Shown one piece after another: positions 1 through 12,083 of a DNA stretch of 64,000 nucleotides. The notes below the pieces were generated by a model. The model ran no database searches. It saw only the letters and a list, made by a program, of their open reading frames with translations, and had not been told where the DNA came from. Made by a program: the position numbers and the translations under genes. Positions within the stretch are counted from its first letter, which is position 1; the number at the start of each line of letters is the position of its first letter. Source of the DNA: Octopus bimaculoides (Eukaryota); the NCBI RefSeq assembly GCF_001194135.2, contig NC_068988.1, positions 89,267,672-89,331,671 of the forward strand. The letters are read 5' to 3'.

Positions 1-803
1 TATATATATATATATATAAACAATATATACATGTATGCACACACATGCATACACACATGCATAAATGAATTCATAGAGATAAAGTGTAAAGAATGAGTGA
101 CAATAAAATAGAATAAAGAAAATAAAGGTGGAGGTCTTAGACTGCTTTCTTTTTTAATGCGTTTACCTCGAATTCACAAATATACATCCATAAGTAGGTT
201 CGGATGCACTGAATGACGTTTACAAAAGCAAACTTAAAAATAAAATATAATATTAATAAACTGAAATTTTCGCCTTTGTCGCAGAAAGAATAGAATAACA
301 CAGAATTGCTAGCGGCTTATTGCACGCAAATACCAGATAATTTAATCACCAAAACTTTAAAATGAATAGAAAATCAATCATCCTCTTTTATTTGAAAATC
401 TTTTCGCATTCATCGTTGACGATATCGAATATGTTTCGATGTTACTGAAATTCGTCAGAGCAGTGTAGATAACACGAACCTTCATGATAACTACAAATAT
501 GTCTTTATATATTATTACCAATGCACTCCAAGACCAAGACTTTGTTTGCCGTTAGTAATGTACATATTAAAACCATATTATAATCCTTAGTGAGGCACAC
601 TCCAATGCCGCTTGGCATTTGTTTTCGTTGTAGATATCAAAATTTCTGTTCACAGAAAAATACTTGTGTGTACTTCCTTCAATTCAACTACGTGTACACA
701 CACACACACACACAAAACAAGCAAAATCACGTTCTCGTCGCGCATACATAGTCACAAATACACACATATACTTACACACATACACACAGATACACACACT
801 CAT

Positions 804-834
<31 letters not shown>

Positions 835-2385
835 AACAAAGACCTGCGCGAGAAAAAGCACAGAAACACACACATGGTTTATAATAATACTTGCTAGTGT
901 ATAATTAGAATGATGTCTTTCAGTTCTATTTTAACTTCCTTCGGAATATTGATATATGCCTCTACTATCTGTCATACTGTCAACACTTTCTTTATAGTCA
1001 CTCAAAAGTATACCAAATGAAAACTTATTGATATTTCTATCAGTCGGTTGTCCATATAAACAAAGAATACATACAGACATAAGCACGTGCACACAGACTC
1101 TCACCTATAGAAAAATACAACCTCATANNNNNNNNNNNNNNNNNNNNNNNNNNNNNNNNNNNNNNNNNNNNNNNNNNNNNNNNNNNNNNNNNNNNNNNNN
1201 NNNNNNNNNNNNNNNNNNNNNNNNNNNNNNNNNNNNNNNNNNNNNNNNNNNNNNNNNNNNNNNNNNNNNNNNNNNNNNNNNNNNNNNNNNNNNNNNNNNN
1301 NNNNNNNNNNNNNNNNNNNNNNNNNNNNNNNNNNNNNNNNNNNNNNNNNNNNNNNNNNNNNNNNNNNNNNNNNNNNNNNNNNNNNNNNNNNNNNNNNNNN
1401 NNNNNNNNNNNNNNNNNNNNNNNNNNNNNNNNNNNNNNNNNNNNNNNNNNNNNNNNNNNNNNNNNNNNNNNNNNNNNNNNNNNNNNNNNNNNNNNNNNNN
1501 NNNNNNNNNNNNNNNNNNNNNNNNNNNNNNNNNNNACATATATATATATATTTATATATATATACATATTTAAATATAGGATAAAATCTTTATAAGAATT
1601 TATCAAGTATTTAGCGTGAAAAAACCTCATAAGGGAAAAGGTTATATATATATATATATATATATATATCCTTCAACTACGGTAGAAGTTGAATAATATT
1701 CTTAAGGGCAAAATTCACCCATCGAACCATCTTTCGGAGTATGTAGCTAATTCAGCTCCTAACCAAAATGAAACCTGTTAATATTTTTGAAGAGTACGTG
1801 TTCCTAGCTACATTTTGGTATAACGAAATTGAGATTTAATCCAGTAGAAATCAGTTTACACCAAAATTTGTAGCAACGTTATAGAAGAGTAAGTAACGCC
1901 ACAAATCAAACTTAGATATAAATAATTTTTTTTATTTTAAAAGTAAATTATATCTATCTTAGCTTCAATGATAAAACGAAGCATTAATAAGTCCATAAAT
2001 TTGGCCACATGCAACAATTGTGAGTTAAAATATCATGAAAAATATATAAGGCAAAAAACTGGGTTTAAGTATAGTTAACTTATTTTATTTTAACATCAAA
2101 TTATATTTTATGTAAATTTAAATGATTGAGCTCAATTCGAAGAATTTCGCGATATCAATCTCATGCCATGAAGTTTTAAAAGAAAACAATTATGACTGTT
2201 TGTTTCTCAAATTTGAAGGTCATAATATAGTTCTATTCTATTTTATAAATATAGTTCTATAAGGGGACTTATAATATGTCACCGGCGTCATTGAGGTAAC
2301 GAAAGAGTTATCAACGACACTGCTAAATGACCCATTTGACACAATATTATTTAGCACAATAAAAAAACATGGATTACATGGAAAA

Positions 2386-3249
2386 ATGCGAGGTAGGGAA
2401 ATAATATTCTTAAGATTATAAACCTGGAAAATTACAGGAGAGGTTATTACACCTGGAAAAGTGCGGGAGAACTTATTACATCTGGTCAAGTACAGATCAA
2501 GAAAAGTTTTACTTAAAATAGTGCAGGTATGGATGAAATTTGAATATTAAAATTTGTGTGATCTTAATTTACAAAGTAAAATTATAATTAAAAAAAGGTA
2601 ACAGCATTTTGTTAAAATATTTATACACTAGAATACTTAAAACATAAGTGCCGGAAGTACCATTATAGCTAAAGTTTTATGCAAAGTAGAATAGTATATA
2701 TGGTAGGCAAATTCATTATGTAAAACATAGGCATTGGGTCAAGACAAAAATTGTGAAGACTTGGCAATAACTTAGGCAATAACTCAAGCAGATTTTACTG
2801 TAAATTTGTTATTATAGGTAGATTTTATTGTAATATATAACTGATTTTTGTATTATTCTTTTCATTGCACGAAATAATTATGTACTACTATTATTTTTAT
2901 TACCTATTTTCAAATTTCTAATTCTTAATTAATAGTTAAAAATATGAATTATTTAAAGTGCAGAAAGTATTTTGAGTTATTTTTTTAAATTTTTAATTGA
3001 AGTAACAAGTACTAACACATAGAAGTAATAAGCTGTACTAAAATTTTTCGTTGTTAGAAAACATAATATTTTCTAAATCTAAATATTTTATTTGAAATTT
3101 ATCCTCAGCTGCAGTATTTTAAGTAAAAGGTTTCGTGTTCTGTTCTTTACCAGATGTAATAACTTGTCCTGTACTTTTGCAAGTGAAATAAATTGTCCTG
3201 TACTTTTCCAGGTTTATAATCTTAAGAATGTTATTTCTCTTGCTCGCAT
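2386..3249. mobile_element. Non-autonomous DNA element (MITE/foldback) with about 165-bp imperfect terminal inverted repeats
   Basis: The reverse complement of 2386-2555 aligns with 3080-3249 (shared TTTTCCAGGTTTATAATCTTAAGAAT, TATTTTAAGTAAAA, ACCAGATGTAATAA and the CTCGCAT end). The interior is AT-rich with no ORF. Possible 5-bp target duplication GAAAA/GACAA. Confidence 0.75.
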
Positions 3250-3312
3250 GACAACAAAAGAATGAATGAGACCTCGATATTATGTAAATAGATGAATTTG
3301 TCTGTAAATATA

Positions 3313-3432
3313 ATATGTGACCATTAGTTGGTTGTCTTAATAAAACTCAGATTTCCGGATGCCGGAGCAGACTTTAGCCACGGCATCCGAAACACTGAGT
3401 TTTATTAAGACAACCAACAAATTGTCATATAT
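3313..3432. repeat. Near-perfect palindrome: 47-bp arms, 16-nt loop (mini-MITE or hairpin RNA)
   Basis: 3318-3364 and 3381-3427 give 42/47 Watson-Crick pairs, including a perfect 23-bp core TTGGTTGTCTTAATAAAACTCAG. Confidence 0.85.
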
Positions 3433-3596
3433 ACGACGGGCTTCTTTAAGTTTCCGTCTACCAAATCCACTGGCAAGGCTTTGGTCAAACCGAGGCTGTA
3501 GTAGAAGACACTGGCCCAAGTTGTCACGCAGTGGGACTGAACCTACAACTATGTAGTTGGGAAGCAAGTTTTTTAACACACAGCTATTCCAACGCT
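3431..3596 (-). mobile_element. tRNA-derived SINE, family A
   Basis: Minus strand reads CTTGCTTCCCAACTACATAGTTGTAGGTTCAGTCCCACTGCG...GGATTTGGTAGACGGAAACTTAAAGAAGCCCGTCGTATAT. The B-box-like head matches the copy at 50633-50745. Confidence 0.8.
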
Positions 3597-4147
3597 TATA
3601 TATATATATATATATATATNNNNNNNNNNNNNNNNNNNNNNNNNNNNNNNNNNNNNNNNNNNNNNNNNNNNNNNNNNNNNNNNNNNNNNNNNNNNNNNNN
3701 NNNNNNNNNNNNNNNNNNNNNNNNNNNNNNNNNNNNNNNNNNNNNNNNNNNNNNNNNNNNNNNNNNNNNNNNNNNNNNNNNNNNNNNNNNNNNNNNNNNN
3801 NNNNNNNNNNNNNNNNNNNNNNNNNNNNNNNNNNNNNNNNNNNNNNNNNNNNNNNNNNNNNNNNNNNNNNNNNNNNNNNNNNNNNNNNNNNNNNNNNNNN
3901 NNNNNNNNNNNNNNNNNNNNNNNNNNNNNNNNNNNNNNNNNNNNNNNNNNNNNNNNNNNNNNNNNNNNNNNNNNNNNNNNNNNNNNNNNNNNNNNNNNNN
4001 NNNNNNNNNNNNNNNNNNNNNNNNNNNNNNNNNNNNNNNNNNNNNNNNNNNNNNNNNNNNNNNNNNNNNNNNNNNNNNNNNNNNNNNNNNNNNNNNNNNN
4101 NNNNNNNNNNNNNNNNNNNNNNNNNNNNNNNNNNNNNNNNNTATATG

Positions 4148-4183
<36 letters not shown>

Positions 4184-5127
4184 TATGTATATATGTATGT
4201 ATATATACATACATACATATATACATATATGTGTTCTTGTTCGTGCATTTCTGTTTAATATATCAAATCATTTATTTTTCGTATTTTTTATTTCGAATTC
4301 TTATATTTCCCAATCATTTTCTTTCATTTTACGAATACTTTTGCGAATAAAGTTATGTTACGTAGCTTATTAACTACGGCGCAGCGAAGGCAAAGTGTAT
4401 ATCTTGCCACTATGCACAGTGCCCAATCCAGCATCTCTTTTACAGTAACATACCCCCAATGTACTTTTCCTATCACTCACAAAATACCAACCTTCTGAAT
4501 CTGCATACATTGAACATCCCTCTCTACGCTACTGTTGATAAGGATATATTAATTGTAATAAACACAATATATTTTGGATTTCTATGTGTAATTTGGAGTA
4601 TGATTTCGTCTGTGTTAAACAAGGTAGATAATTCATTGAATTATTGTATGTATATGTCGTGTGTGGCGATGAAAAATTTCATGTCGACTTAGATAGCGCT
4701 TAATGCAATCGCTTTGCATTCACCTTTCTGACTGGCAGACGATACCAATGGTATTTCATATTTTCATATTTTTATCTGCGCTGTGCTCTCATTCACTATT
4801 CACACTTTTATTTCTTCTCTAATCTTGGGAATTATTTCTAAATTTTTGTAATTAATATAATTTCATTTTTGTTGCCAAACACAAGTGTATATGAAGCAAA
4901 ATACATCATCTGATTTGGCTTACAACAAAAACCATTTGGCATACACACGCAAAGATACATACACACGACCCTCCGCGCGCGCGCACACACACACGCACAC
5001 AAACGCACACGTGCGCACTCTCTTTCTCTCTCACTCTCTCTCACATACACACACACACACTGACGTATATATATAGTCAGTCCAAACAAGAACAAGCAAG
5101 AAAAAACAACGCGAGGACGTGGTACAA

Positions 5128-5162
<35 letters not shown>

Positions 5163-5225
5163 TATAGATATATATATATGTGTGTGTGTGTGTGGGTGTG
5201 TGTATAAATAAAATAAATCTCTCTC

Positions 5226-5293
<68 letters not shown>

Positions 5294-5599
5294 GTTATAT
5301 ATTATATAGGCTAAATAGGAATCCTAAACATCATAAAACACGCTCGCTCGCTGTCTCTCCCTCCCTCTCCTTCACACTCTCCTCTCTCTGTATTCCTCTG
5401 TCTCCCTCTGTCTCTCTCTCTTTCTCTTTCACTTTCTCTTTCGCTCACTCTGACAGATTCACGTTATTATAGTGTTCTAATATTTACAATGTGTATACAA
5501 ACGTAGTGTAGAACAATATGTAATGAGTCATCACAGAAACAATTTCCTCTAAGTGGCTTTGGTTTCAAAGACACAGTGACTCTCTCAGAACGCCGGTGG

Positions 5600-7001
5600 A
5601 TTCATATCTAATCGGGTCGTTTCAATGATAAATAGCGTGATTCAATCCTCAAGATGTTTTGTTTTGTTTGGAGAGACCACCGGGGGCAGCAGTATTCGAG
5701 GTGTGGCCCGTACAAAGGAGGAGAAAAGTGGAATGACGACACCTTGTTCTCTGGACCGGAAGGTTCTTAAGATCCAGCAGCTCATCCTACGGGCTATAAT
5801 GACCTTTCTTTTGATGTGGGCTCTCCAATTGAGATTGTTGTCAACAATTACACCCAGATCTCTGATATTATTGGATGCCGTGAGCGGTTCCCCTGAAGGA
5901 AGAGAGTATGGCTGTTTTAGTATAGAGTTTCTTCCAAAATGCATCAGCTCAAATTTCCCTCGTTTAGTTTCATTTTGTTTTTATCTGCCCATTGACTCAG
6001 CATATAGGTCTGACCAGAGTTGAGTTCGGTCTTCTTCTTCATTGATGATTTGGTGGAGCTTAGTGTCATCAGCAAAGATTTTCACTTTGCAGTGATTTAC
6101 GACGCTGGAAACGTCATTTATGTAAATTATAAAGAGGAGTGAGCCCAAGATATCCCCCTGAGGGACACCACTGGTGACTCTTGCTGGCCTTGAGTGGACT
6201 CCATCGACCACAACTTCTTGTGTTCTATTCTCCAGGGAATACTTAATCCAATGTAAAAATTTTCCACGGATTCCAACATTTGCCAATTTTGTGAGTAAGA
6301 TATTATGGTCAACTCTGTCGAACGCTTTACTGAAGTCAAGATATATGACATTAGCATTCGAACCTGTTCCCAAGGCTTTAACTATATCTTCAATGTGGTG
6401 TAAGATCTGTGTTAGACAGTCCCTGTCGCAGCGAAAGCCGTGCTGGTTTGAATTTAGGAGTTTGTGGGTCTCCAGGAAGTCAGCTATCCTTGATCTTATC
6501 ACTCTTTCAAATACTTTAATGATGTGGGAGATGAGTGAGATTGGACGATAGTTATCTGCGAGAGATCTGTTTTCCTGTTTGAAAACCGGGATAACAGACT
6601 GGGATAGCAGCTGTTTCGGTATATAACCTGAGTTTAATGAATCTCTCCAGAGGTTGGTCCGAGGGACTGCAAATTGATGTCTACATTCCTTCAGGAGACT
6701 TGCGGAGAATCTATCAGGGCCTACAGCAGAATAGTATTTGACCTCATATATTGTGCTATGATGTCTGAAGCAGTGAAGGTTATGTCCGAGATTCTATGTT
6801 CGGAATCAACTTCGTTCGCCTCCCTTACATCGATATCAGTGGAATCACTAAAGACAGAGCAGTATTGTTTCTGCAGTATTTCTGCCATTTCTTTAGCATC
6901 GTGTCGGGGAATGTCGTTATAATCGATCAATGGCCCAATGAGTGAGACAGTGGTTTTATTCTTATTTGCATAAGAATAAAACTCTTTTGGGTTCTGTTTG
7001 A
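5600..7001 (-). mobile_element. Decayed LINE reverse transcriptase, CR1/L2 group (CR1-Zenon-like); upstream end lost in a gap
   Basis: ORF 5981-6502 has HGFR, YLDFSKAFDRVDH, SGVPQGDILG and FADDTKL. Flanking frames give KQNPKEFYSY and DLGVIVDNNLNWRAHI...RMSCWILRTF. Frameshifts and stops are present. Confidence 0.92.
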
Positions 7002-7386
7002 NNNNNNNNNNNNNNNNNNNNNNNNNNNNNNNNNNNNNNNNNNNNNNNNNNNNNNNNNNNNNNNNNNNNNNNNNNNNNNNNNNNNNNNNNNNNNNNNNNN
7101 NNNNNNNNNNNNNNNNNNNNNNNNNNNNNNNNNNNNNNNNNNNNNNNNNNNNNNNNNNNNNNNNNNNNNNNNNNNNNNNNNNNNNNNNNNNNNNNNNNNN
7201 NNNNNNNNNNNNNNNNNNNNNNNNNNNNNNNNNNNNNNNNNNNNNNNNNNNNNNNNNNNNNNNNNNNNNNNNNNNNNNNNNNNNNNNNNNNNNNNNNNNN
7301 NNNNNNNNNNNNNNNNNNNNNNNNNNNNNNNNNNNNNNNNNNNNNNNNNNNNNNNNNNNNNNNNNNNNNNNNNNNNNNNNNNNNNN

Positions 7387-7463
<77 letters not shown>

Positions 7464-8259
7464 AGGAATGGGTGTTGAGATACTACGATGATGAATGTTT
7501 CCCTAGCAAGGGTTTGTGGAGATAGTACATCATATAATTTGGCATGGAACGCACGTGATATTATATAATATAATGTTTATATCAAATGCCGATTCAACTA
7601 ACACACTGTTAGAAGATTTTTATGTAACATGTTAGCGACGAAAAATTAGCACCTTATCCATATGTTTAAGTGTATATATGTACATTTATATGTGTATATA
7701 CAATACACAACCAGATTTATATAATTATGTGCATATAATTGTGTGTCCACGCATTATTTGCAAACACTCTTGCATCTTCTACGTTTCGCTCCTTCTCAGA
7801 TTATTTTGACAACTTCTAGGAGAAAATACGAATTAGATCCTGTAAAATTTCAAATCGAAAATACACAAAAACAAAAATACTGCATACAGAATATAAATGG
7901 TTCATTTCACCTTACATTATTTTCGGCATTGATAATTTATTACTTTCAGAAACAAGCTTAATGCAATACAAAATGCATCCATTCTTTACTTATTAAAATC
8001 CACAAAATCTGTAATTTATCATTGTTGATAAAACATATTCTCCGAGGAATATATTGAAATCAGTGAATTTCTTTTATTCCTCCCCATATTAATTCTGTTC
8101 CATATCACTCTTTCTTTCTTTCTTTCTTTTTGTTTCTCAATTTAATCCGCATTTCCTAATCTTTCAATTCTACTTCATTATTCGTATCTGCTATTTCTTA
8201 CACAACAAAATACTCACACTTATTTCCTTCCTCTATATTACTTTATCCCTTCTATCTCA

Positions 8260-8277
8260 CACACACACACACACACA

Positions 8278-8358
<81 letters not shown>
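8260..8358. repeat. (CA)n(CT)n microsatellite
   Basis: Read directly from the sequence. Confidence 0.95.
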
Positions 8359-8360
<2 letters not shown>

Positions 8361-8549
8361 TCATTCACTCACTTAATCATGCAAACACTAAACAAATCTC
8401 CTTCATTCTCTTTAAAACATAATTCTTTTTGCTAGAAATTACAAGTGTCTCATAATACACAGTTTCACTGAATATCGTGTCTTCTCTAAAAGTTTCTAAA
8501 ATCTACATATTTTTCAATACGTTTTGCAACTTCTTCTTCAATTTCGCCA

Positions 8550-8574
8550 TCTTCTTCTTCTTCTTCTTCTTCTT

Positions 8575-8665
<91 letters not shown>
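8550..8665. repeat. (CTT)n(ATT)n compound microsatellite
   Basis: Read directly; source of the spurious poly-F/poly-L ORF. Confidence 0.95.
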
Positions 8666-8667
<2 letters not shown>

Positions 8668-8811
8668 TAGTTTTATTTCTATAGTGTGCTTTCAATTCAC
8701 TACCGAGCGCAGCTCTGTGTGCCTTGTGTATGTGCTGTGGTTTGCTGTGATGCTCTTATGGTTACTGTATTGAAAGTGTTTTGCGTATTATCATCATCAT
8801 CATCATCATCA

Positions 8812-8844
<33 letters not shown>

Positions 8845-8849
<5 letters not shown>

Positions 8850-9031
8850 GTGTCGGTGAATATATCCCTTCTTAGCTAAGACTGGGCAGCCAGAGACAAT
8901 ATGAGTTATTGTTTCTTGTCCATCTCCATATATTCTGCAGTTACTTATTATGTTTCTTTTCATTATATGTTTTTAGTAGTTTCTGATGGGGAGGCTTTGG
9001 TCTTGTGCTGCAATTAAAAATCCTTCAGTCA
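8845..9031 (-). mobile_element. R4/Dong-like non-LTR retrotransposon fragment (zinc-knuckle region)
   Basis: Minus strand LTEGFLIAAQDQSLPIRNY*...CRIYGDGQETITHIVSGCPVLAKKGYIHRHD, followed directly by (AAT)n(GAT)n. Confidence 0.85.
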
Positions 9032-9084
9032 ACAAAAACAAATATAATTGGAGTGAGAAAAGAAAATATCCATGGTAAAAAAAA

Positions 9085-10648
9085 AGAAGAATACAGGCGG
9101 AGTTATATATGCTCTGGAAGGATATTCCTCTGCTAGACTGGAAAGAAAAAGGGGAGCTTAAAAGCGAACAAAAATACAGGACGTTGAACCGGAAGTATAA
9201 TATCGGAACAAAGTGCCTGAAAGTGGTAATGGAGGACCTGAAACAGTGCCTCATTGCTAAGGAAGTAAAGATGGTAAGATACGACCAAAAATTGAAGGGA
9301 TACCAGCAGAATAGGTTATTCAGAGTAGACCAGAAGCGATTCTACAAAGAAATAAATGGAGAGTGTACAGATGACAAGTTGATATTAGATAACATTGAAA
9401 GCAATGATTTTGGAGTTACATGTAAAGCAAAGACGAGGACCACAAGAAGGATGCTGAATGGTTGCAAGAACTGAAACAAACAGTAGTCTGTCCAAAACAG
9501 GCAGAACTAGTCACTTCAGTTGGGGAATGAAGGAAATCAGTCAAAAATGGGCAACTTGAAGACCAGGAGGAGTTCAAGGTTACTGTATCAAAAGATTTGG
9601 TGAACGTCATACACGAATAGCTGTATAAATCAACACCTTGTTATATACCGACCAAGTAACACCAGACTGGTTCACAATGGGTACGACAGTGATGTGCTTC
9701 AAAAACATCGAAAAAGGCAACACGGCAGAAAATGACAGGCCGATATCTTGCTTGCCACTTACGTGAAAATTATAGACTGGAATACTCGCAGAGTCAATGT
9801 ACGGACATCTGGAAAAAAAGGAATCCTGCCACATGAGCAGAATGGTTGCAAGCGTAAGTGCCGTGGCATCAAGGATTAGCCCCTGGTAGGCAAAACTGTA
9901 CTTAGAGACTGTAAGAGGAGAAAAACTAACTTAGCCATGTCATGGATCGATTATCGTAAGGCGTACGATATGATTCCACATTCTTGGATTATGGACTGCA
10001 TTTGATATAGCATCGAATGTTGAGCAATTGCTTGGAAAAAGTATGGCGAAGTAGAGGACGGAACTGACAGCATATGGAAGAAGTTTAAGAAGAATATACA
10101 TCAGGAGAGACAACTTCCCAGGGGATTGCCTTCGCCACTGATCTTTGTCCTGTGCATGATACCACTAACAGTGCTTCTGAGGAAAGCAAAAGCTGGGTAT
10201 GTATACAAAAGGCGCCAACAAAGAGTCAACCACTTGTTATTCACGGATGACCTCAAATTTTATGGTAAAAGTAAATCTTAAGTCAGTCCCCTCGTTGATA
10301 CGATGTATACTTTTCGCGCTGTTATCAGAATGGAGTTCGGACTGAAAAGGTGTGGTGTGTTAGTCTTGAAGGTAGGCAACATCAAAAGTATGGACGGACT
10401 AGCGATACCGTCAGGGGAGGTTATGAAGCAGTTAGAAGAGACGGTCTATAAGCACTTGGAGATTTTGGAAATGGATAAATTGATGGAGAAAGGAATGACA
10501 GAAAAGTTTAAGGTGAGGTAATTACGCAGACTGTAACCGATCCTTCAGTCGAAATTAAACGGACGGAATAAGACTGAAGCTCTCAATAACTGGGCAGTTT
10601 CACTACTTAGATGTGGAGTAGGGGTAATCACATGGAGAGTAGACGTGT
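9085..10648 (+). mobile_element. R4/Dong-like non-LTR retrotransposon RT region, pseudogenised
   Basis: Plus-strand frames give YQQNRLFRVDQKRFY, RPISCLP, NLAMSWIDYRKAYDMIPHSWI, VNHLLFTDDLKFYGKS, MEFGLKRCGVL and NWAVSLLR, with many stops and frameshifts. Confidence 0.9.
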
Positions 10649-10885
10649 CGTTACAACTTGTAGTGGTTTTGGGCAAGACTTATGACATTCGTCCGTGATA
10701 TGGAGAACGGTTTCGTCCACTCTTTAACAGTTGCGGCACAGTAGAGACCCTTGATCATTCCCAAGGTTGACCCACCAATGCGTGGCAAAGCTTGGCCTTG
10801 CGCTGCCAGTATTATGTTCTCAGTCTCTTCTTTCAGGGATCCTTTCTTCAACCAATACCACCTATGTTTTCCAACATAGTTTGTA
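10645..10885 (-). mobile_element. R4/Dong-like fragment (connector plus CCHC), inverted relative to the adjacent RT
   Basis: Minus strand WLKKGSLKEETENIILAAQGQAL, then (frameshift) CRNC*RVDETVLHITDEC, then AQNHYKL*RH. Confidence 0.8.
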
Positions 10886-10889
10886 GCTA

Positions 10890-11070
<181 letters not shown>

Positions 11071-11073
11071 AAA

Positions 11074-11305
11074 GCGGCGAGTTGGCAGAATCTTTAGCTC
11101 GCCAGAGGATATGCATAGCGGTATTTCGCCCGTCGCTACGTTCTGAGTTCAAATTCCACAGAGGTCGACTTTGCTTTTGAACTTTTGGGGTCGATAAATC
11201 AAGTACCAGCTGTGTATTGGAGCTCTATCTGAGTGACTGGCCCGTGCCCCAAATTTAAGGCTTTGTGCCTATAGTAAAAAGAATTATTATTATTATTATT
11301 ATTAT
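11074..11305 (+). mobile_element. tRNA-derived SINE, family B, with (TTA)n tail
   Basis: GCGGCGAGTTGGCAGAA head, GTTCTGAGTTCAAATTCC B-box-like motif and GAGGTCGACTTTGC core, shared with the copies at 11887, 36500 and 51550. Confidence 0.85.
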
Positions 11306-11349
11306 TGTTGTAGTTGTGATTGTTGTTGTAATTGCTGTGCTGCTGCTGC

Positions 11350-11424
<75 letters not shown>

Positions 11425-11452
11425 CACTACTGCTGCTGCTACTACTACTACT
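11305..11452. repeat. Degenerate (TTG)/(CTG)/(CTA)n trinucleotide repeat
   Basis: Read directly from the sequence. Confidence 0.9.
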
Positions 11453-11886
11453 TCTATCAGTACCAGTAGTTCCATTATTACTTGGAATATTTTTAATAAT
11501 ATTCATTTTGTTCTAAATAAAACTACATCATTGAAATTTATCAGTTCCAGCTCTCAGTAAAATGAAATAAATACTTTTGTAAATTATGCCTTAATTTAGT
11601 TTAAACCATTTCTTAATCCTCATCTTATTCTACGTTTTGGTAATTTGGCCTGTATTCATGTTCCGATGTTTTCTAATCCATTCCTTTAATTTCTATTTTT
11701 AAGTTTTCGTATGCATATTATTTGTTTTCTTATCGTCTACTATTTTATTCTCCGTCTACTACAATTACATCTTCTCCTCCTTCTTTTTATTCTTCTCCTT
11801 GTTCTTTTCCCTTCTTACTCTTTATTTTCTCATCCTCATTTCTCTTCTTCAACTTCTCCTTTTCTTTTTTCTCTCCTTATTCCTTA

Positions 11887-12083
11887 TGGCAGAATCCTTC
11901 GGAAGGTTAATAGCTTTTCGTTCGTCTTTACATTCTAAGTTCAAATTCCACCAGCGTCGATTTTGAATTCCATCTTTTCTGAGTCTAATAAATAATTACT
12001 AGTTGAGCGCTAGGCTTAATGTAATCGACCGTCACCCTCCTGCGTAATTACTGACCTTGTGCCAACATTTAAGAAATCTATTA
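11887..12083 (+). mobile_element. SINE family B, older and more diverged copy
   Basis: TGGCAGAATC...TTCTAAGTTCAAATTCCACCAGCGTCGATTTTG...ATGTAATCGAC...CCTTGTGCCAA. Confidence 0.75.

Noticed and set aside
170-250. Chapaev-like subterminal motif GGTTCGGATGCACTGAAT
   Set aside because: Only about 14 bp of similarity to the 29.2-kb motif, too short to call a feature.
612-897. HTHT/CVCV/YIYI/LSLS/poly-L/poly-S ORFs here and throughout the window
   Set aside because: They are translations of di- and trinucleotide microsatellites, open on several frames and strands, with no domain content.
1128-1536. Long poly-X ORFs spanning N runs (1128-1536, 3620-4141, 7002-7386, 23554-24422, 25864-26408, 27280-27352, 29474-29650, 48854-49012, 58380-58428, 61686-61995)
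   Set aside because: These are assembly gaps, mostly next to (TA)n or (CA)n; the content is unknown.
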